Assembly: GCA_015064395.1 (NCBI GenBank)
Contig: SVSH01000006.1
Span: 14,114 to 78,113 of the forward strand
DNA length: 64,000 bases
DNA from: Oscillospiraceae bacterium
GTDB lineage: Bacteria; Bacillota; Clostridia; Oscillospirales; CAG-272
Direction of reading: 5' to 3'
The notes beneath the pieces are model-generated. The model was not told where the DNA came from, ran no database searches, and saw nothing but the letters and a program-made list of their open reading frames with translations. This document shows, in pieces, positions 60,193-64,000 of this stretch (position 1 is the stretch's first letter; each line of letters begins with the position of its first letter). The position numbers and the translations under genes are program-made.

Positions 60193-61274
60193 ACGTCCAC
60201 CTCCTCGCCGCGCAACGCCCGCAGGCCGCAAAGAATGGTCCTTTGCTTTTGCTCCTCGGACAGGCGCGAGGCCATGACCGTTCGAATAAACTCGCCCTTG
60301 AGCGACACGTCGGTCGCATAGTCCTCGGGGCGAATGGCAAGTCGAGTCTCGTCCGAAAGGCGTGAGAAATAGAACCGTTCACTCAACAGTTTACTCAAAT
60401 ATACCGTGTCAAGGATCAAGTCAGGAGAGATGCCGCCCGTCAATACGACCTTGACCATGTCCTCAGAGGCAATCCCTTCCACCGCCTCCTGTATGCAAGC
60501 CTTGATTTCTCCCGCCGTCTCACAAATGCTGACGTCCACCTCCACGAGGTGAAGTGTGCGCTTGGCAACGGGACAGAACGTCACCCGCGCGTCGAGGGGG
60601 GCGTCGGTATCCAGCAGGATATATCCCTTCTGTCCGCACTCGTCAAAGCCGCGTCCCTCCGGACAGCCGGCGTACGCCCACTGCCCGCGGGCGTCAAGCG
60701 ACTCACAGCGATGCGCGTGCTCATGTCCCAGCGCCAGGTAATCAATACCGCGGTTTTGAAGGAGGCGCAGGGGGATGCGTTCGCCCCCGCCCGCTCCTGT
60801 ACGGACGATCTGTCCGTGCAGCATCACGATATGGAATTCGCCGGGGGCGGCGATGGGAAGCTCGTCGTAAATGCCGGGGCGGTCGATATCCGGCGTCGCG
60901 CTGATACGGATGCCGTCCATCACGACACTTCCCCACCCCTCGCCTCCGAAGGCGGTCCAGTTTGCCGGTGGGACGTCGCCCGGGAACAGCGGAGCGACCG
61001 AGGCGTCATGGTTGCCCGCTACGTAGAAAAAGTGCAAGGACGGATGCTCACAGATGACGTCGCCCACGCTTCGTCTTGTGCTCTCACTGACCCGGTCCGT
61101 GTCAAACAGATCGCCCGCGAGCAAAACCGCGACAGCACCCTGCTCTTTGCCTGCATCAATGGCGCGGCAAAAGGTGGTCAGCAGCTCGGCGCGGCGCTCT
61201 CTGGCCCGTGCGGCAGTCAGCCCTGTTTCCATCTTGGCGTCCAGATGCAAATCAGCCATGTGTATCAGCTTCAT
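60189..61274 (-). CDS. SbcD/Mre11-like metallophosphoesterase (YhaO type)
   Basis: MKLIHMADLHLD, GDLFD, GNHD and GHEH calcineurin-like motifs. Confidence 0.85.
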   Translation of the reverse strand: MKLIHMADLHLDAKMETGLTAARARERRAELLTTFCRAIDAGKEQGAVAVLLAGDLFDTDRVSESTRRSVGDVICEHPSLHFFYVAGNHDASVAPLFPGDVPPANWTAFGGEGWGSVVMDGIRISATPDIDRPGIYDELPIAAPGEFHIVMLHGQIVRTGAGGGERIPLRLLQNRGIDYLALGHEHAHRCESLDARGQWAYAGCPEGRGFDECGQKGYILLDTDAPLDARVTFCPVAKRTLHLVEVDVSICETAGEIKACIQEAVEGIASEDMVKVVLTGGISPDLILDTVYLSKLLSERFYFSRLSDETRLAIRPEDYATDVSLKGEFIRTVMASRLSEEQKQRTILCGLRALRGEEVDV

Positions 61275-61307
61275 ACCCGTCCTCCTTTTCGTTTATTTTG
61301 TGTCATT

Positions 61308-62177
61308 TTATTGCCCCTGCATCGCGTCGTACAGCGCGTCCGACAGCGCCACGAAATCGGCAATGCTCAGCTTCTCACCGCGAATATCGGCACGGTGACC
61401 GCAGGCGACGATGATGTCGGTCAGCTGTTCCTTGGTCAGCGATCCAAACGCGGCAGACAGCGCGTTGGACAGCGTCTTGCGGCGCTGCTCGAAGGCCGCC
61501 TTGATGGTGCGGAACATCAGCGCTTCATCCTTGGGGTGATAGGGGCGCTGCTTGTAGAGGCGAATACGCACGACGGTCGAATCGACCTTGGGTGCGGGAA
61601 CAAAGCGATCGGCAGGCACCTCAAACAGCGCCTCGGCCTCGCCATAATAGGCCAGCACCGCCGTAATGGCGCCGTACTCCGACTTGCCCGCGCGAGCGCA
61701 CAGGCGGTCTGCCACCTCGGACTGGATCATAATGGTGATAGTATCAAAGGGAAGACCGCTCTCGAGCAGCTTCATCAGGATGGGTGTGGTGATATAATAG
61801 GGGAGATTGGCGCAGACGGACACCCGTCCCTTGGCAAAATCCTCGGCAAGCAGTGCTGCAAGATCGGCCTTCATGACGTCCTCGTTGACCACCGAAAAAT
61901 TACGGTACTCGCCCATGGTAAAGGACAAAACGGGAATGAGGCCCTTGTCGATCTCAAGCGCTACGACCTTATCAAAGCGCTCGGCCAGTGCCCAGGACAA
62001 GGTGCCAATGCCGGGACCAATCTCAAGAATAGTAGAGTGCCGGTCATCGCAGCACCCATCGGCGATGTCCTCAACCACCCCCCGGTCAGTCAGAAAGTTC
62101 TGGCCCAGCTCCTTGCGGAAATTGAGGCGAAACATATTCATAATCTGCTTGATCTCGCGAATATCACAAAGGTTCAT
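61308..62177 (-). CDS. rsmA: 16S rRNA (adenine1518/1519-N6)-dimethyltransferase
   Basis: FRKELGQNFL, ILEIGPGIGTLS and CANLPYYITTPI motifs. Confidence 0.93.
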   Translation of the reverse strand: MNLCDIREIKQIMNMFRLNFRKELGQNFLTDRGVVEDIADGCCDDRHSTILEIGPGIGTLSWALAERFDKVVALEIDKGLIPVLSFTMGEYRNFSVVNEDVMKADLAALLAEDFAKGRVSVCANLPYYITTPILMKLLESGLPFDTITIMIQSEVADRLCARAGKSEYGAITAVLAYYGEAEALFEVPADRFVPAPKVDSTVVRIRLYKQRPYHPKDEALMFRTIKAAFEQRRKTLSNALSAAFGSLTKEQLTDIIVACGHRADIRGEKLSIADFVALSDALYDAMQGQ

Positions 62178-62213
62178 ATCGTATTCCCTTCTCGTGTGTA
62201 TATAATCATAGTC

Positions 62214-62242
62214 AGTATATCATAAAGCACACAAAAAATCAA
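62214..62242 (-). promoter_or_regulatory. Sigma-A-type promoter for rsmA and downstream genes
   Basis: Minus strand reads TTGATT-17 nt-TATACT with TGa (extended -10). Confidence 0.5.
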
Positions 62243-62312
62243 GCGTTCTGCTCGGAAAGAAGACGCGCCGGCAACTTTTTTATAAAAAACTTCATTTTTG
62301 CGAAAAAAAGGC

Positions 62313-62341
62313 TTGCAATTTGAAAAAGGTTGTGTTATAAT
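62313..62341 (+). promoter_or_regulatory. Sigma-A-type promoter for tRNA-Thr
   Basis: TTGCAA-17 nt-TATAAT with TGt (extended -10), ~25 nt upstream of the tRNA 5' end. Confidence 0.6.
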
Positions 62342-62365
62342 AGCATCCGTTGAGCAAACGCTCAC

Positions 62366-62441
62366 GCTGGTGTGGCTCAGTTGGTAGAGCAGCTGATTCG
62401 TAATCAGCAGGTCGCCGGTTCGAGTCCGGCCATCAGCTCCA
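62366..62441 (+). tRNA. tRNA-Thr (anticodon CGU), CCA encoded
   Basis: Hand-folded cloverleaf. Acceptor GCTGGTG/CATCAGC (one G-U pair), D arm GCTC-AGTTGGTA-GAGC, anticodon arm GCTGA-TTCGTAA-TCAGC, variable loop AGGTC, T arm GCCGG-TTCGAGT-CCGGC, discriminator T, then CCA. Confidence 0.93.
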
Positions 62442-62443
62442 AA

Positions 62444-62480
62444 CAAAAGAGCACTGCGAGAGCAGTGCTCTTTTGTTTGG
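62444..62480 (+). terminator. Intrinsic terminator after tRNA-Thr
   Basis: 14-bp stem CAAAAGAGCACTGC-gaga-GCAGTGCTCTTTTG followed by TTTGG. Confidence 0.8.
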
Positions 62481-62630
62481 AAATGAAGCGCGCTAACGCG
62501 CATGAAAAATGAAGCAGGGCTTCGCCCTGTGAAGCGAGCCTTCGGCTCACGGAGAGGTAACATCGCGCTTCGCTTCATACGAGCGCAGCGAGTGCTTCGT
62601 GGCGCCGTGCGCCGCTTCATATTCGCGAAG
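62481..62630. repeat. Composite palindromic element made of small GC hairpins flanked by ATGAAGC/GCTTCAT
   Basis: Small hairpins GCGCG-ctaa-CGCGC, CAGGGC-ttc-GCCCTG, GAGCC-ttc-GGCTC and GGCGC-cgt-GCGCC. ATGAAGC appears on the left side and GCTTCAT on the right. Confidence 0.4.
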
Positions 62631-62883
62631 AACAGTATAGTTCCCTTGAATCAAAGTGCAAATCATTAAGAGCGATGCTGGTCGCTTCCATCAATACAGC
62701 AAAGAATATCACTCATAGAAAGTAGAAAGAGAGAGTTTCACGGATTTTCACTTCCGTGTTACTCTCTCTTCTGTTTTTTCTATTCTTTTACTTTCTCATC
62801 AGCGCCGCACTAACGGCGATAGCCAACGCCACAAGCGACGACGCGCCGATGCTCAAAAGAGATGCACAACCCACAGACATGAC

Positions 62884-63879
62884 TCAATCCTCCTTCTTTC
62901 TCAGTACCACAGCACCTGCCAAGGCCAGCATGGCGATGCCGCCCAGAGCGATCGTTGCGCCACAGCCGCTCTTGGGCTCCTCTTGTCCTTCATCCTCTGA
63001 CGGAGGATTGGCGACAAACGCCTCGTACGCGGCCTCTGCCTGTTCCAGTTTGCTTACGATGTCCTCGGAGATGTACTTTTTGGAATCCTCCTTCATTTTG
63101 TTGTAGCGGCTTCTGAGGCTCGCCAGCTTGGTCTTAAGGGACTCATAGTTATCCGCTGTGATTTCAGGCAACTCCTCTACATCCTCGATGAACTTATCCG
63201 CCGTCTTCTTGGCAGCGGCTTCCTTCTCGGCGGCCTCCCTGGCGGCAATTCGGTCGGTCAGGCAGATGTTATCCAGCTTGACGGTGATATCGTGGTCCTC
63301 TGGCTCATTGACCATGAAGAAACGCAGATAGTTGATCTTGGAAATATCAAAGGGGCCGTTGATAGAGGGATCGTTACCGCCCGCTTCTCTTTCCACAGCA
63401 GTATTCAGAGGCAGGATGATGTGGTTCCAGCCCACGACCAGCTCTTCACCCTGGTGATGCTCCTTGATCTCGGCAAGCTTCCAGGAGATCTCCTGGTTGT
63501 CGCAGTTGCCCGAGGAGGTGATCTCGAAGCCCGAGTTCATACCCTGGCCGCCGAAGAGGTCGAACAGGGCAACGTCGGATACGTATAGATCAAATTCCAG
63601 TGTGTCATAGCCGGTACCGTCAATGGTGTCGTCGGGAAGCATGATGTGGACCGCGCCTTTGGCAGCGACAAAGGACAGGCATCCTGTGCCCTCTTGGGCG
63701 TTTTCTGTGTCAACCTCATATCCATTGCTTCCGCCGGGCTTTTCGTCACAGCTGAGCAGCTGGAGCGAGGTAATGCCCGTTTCTTCGTCCTTGGTTACCT
63801 TGGGATCGGCCGCCGATACGGACAGCACCATGGCCATCGTCAGCACTACGACCAAGAGTACACTTATCAGTTTTTTCAT
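62884..63879 (-). CDS. Secreted protein with jelly-roll/CBM-like N-domain, coiled-coil linker and C-terminal TM anchor
   Basis: Signal peptide MKKLISVLLVVVLTMAMVLSVSA/AD and a strong AGGAGG RBS. The C-terminus reads GCGATIALGGIAMLALAGAVVLRKKED. The domain call is by general appearance only. Confidence 0.65.
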   Translation of the reverse strand: MKKLISVLLVVVLTMAMVLSVSAADPKVTKDEETGITSLQLLSCDEKPGGSNGYEVDTENAQEGTGCLSFVAAKGAVHIMLPDDTIDGTGYDTLEFDLYVSDVALFDLFGGQGMNSGFEITSSGNCDNQEISWKLAEIKEHHQGEELVVGWNHIILPLNTAVEREAGGNDPSINGPFDISKINYLRFFMVNEPEDHDITVKLDNICLTDRIAAREAAEKEAAAKKTADKFIEDVEELPEITADNYESLKTKLASLRSRYNKMKEDSKKYISEDIVSKLEQAEAAYEAFVANPPSEDEGQEEPKSGCGATIALGGIAMLALAGAVVLRKKED

Positions 63880-63931
63880 GGGTATATCCTCCTAAAAAAA
63901 CAAAAATATGATATTGGATATCATTGGAAAC

Positions 63932-63960
63932 ATTATAGCACACTGCTTCGAATTTGACAA
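63932..63960 (-). promoter_or_regulatory. Sigma-A-type promoter for the 62884-63879 gene
   Basis: Minus strand reads TTGTCA-17 nt-TATAAT with TGc (extended -10). Confidence 0.55.
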
Positions 63961-64000
63961 GAGGGCGGCAAAAAAAGCTTGCTATTTTGTAGAATTTCAC

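Noticed and set aside
60549-62225. 558-aa plus-strand ORF
   Set aside because: Antisense to the SbcD-like gene and rsmA.
62174-62620. 148-aa minus-strand ORF
   Set aside because: It runs straight through tRNA-Thr, its terminator and the palindromic element, and has no RBS.

Overview
This 64-kb chromosomal window is transcribed almost entirely on the minus strand. It looks like a spore-forming Clostridia-class Firmicute (spoIVB, atpI-B-E-F-H-A-G-D-C gene order, dockerin-bearing proteins); I cannot assign a genus. LEFT (1-34.3 kb): one co-directional Wzx/Wzy-type capsule/EPS locus. It contains cpsC-cpsD-cpsB, an LCP protein, a priming sugar-phosphate transferase, Wzy, GT2/GT4/GT14 glycosyltransferases, LicD, pyruvyl- and acetyl-transferases and Wzx. 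It also contains a His-rich membrane CX5R phosphatase gene that the ORF track misses because it runs off the window. An ~18.4-kb block of five genes (5765-24174) splits the locus. These are a 1455-aa phosphodiester-glycosidase-like protein with a dockerin, an Lgt paralogue, a 2876-aa giant with a dockerin, a 369-aa protein with a cohesin-like module plus tandem dockerin, and a 1072-aa protein with a cohesin-like module plus choline-binding-type repeats. The giant carries about 40 Cys/His mini-repeats and a BspA-type LRR module. I read the block as a non-cellulolytic cohesin-dockerin surface-assembly system wired into a capsule operon; this is the most interesting thing in the window. MIDDLE: an F1Fo ATP synthase operon whose c subunit carries a complete two-carboxylate Na+-binding signature and whose epsilon subunit lacks the C-terminal helical domain, followed by pgsA and rimO. 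RIGHT: typA, a HAD phosphatase, spoIVB (+ strand), an AT-rich phd-doc cassette with a consensus promoter/operator and a third small gene, a CDF transporter, an MBOAT, a comM-like gene, a lipoprotein, an AKR-ferredoxin fusion, a THUMP methyltransferase, a YhaO/YhaN-type SbcD/SbcC-like pair, rsmA, tRNA-Thr(CGU) and a secreted membrane-anchored protein. Two hairpin-mosaic repeat regions (43.7-44.7 kb and 54.2-54.8 kb) lie in inverted orientation and bracket ~9.8 kb. I saw no rRNA, CRISPR array, transposase, integrase or cas gene. Most long plus-strand ORFs in the track are antisense shadows of minus-strand genes. All domain calls come from reading motifs by eye; no searches were run.
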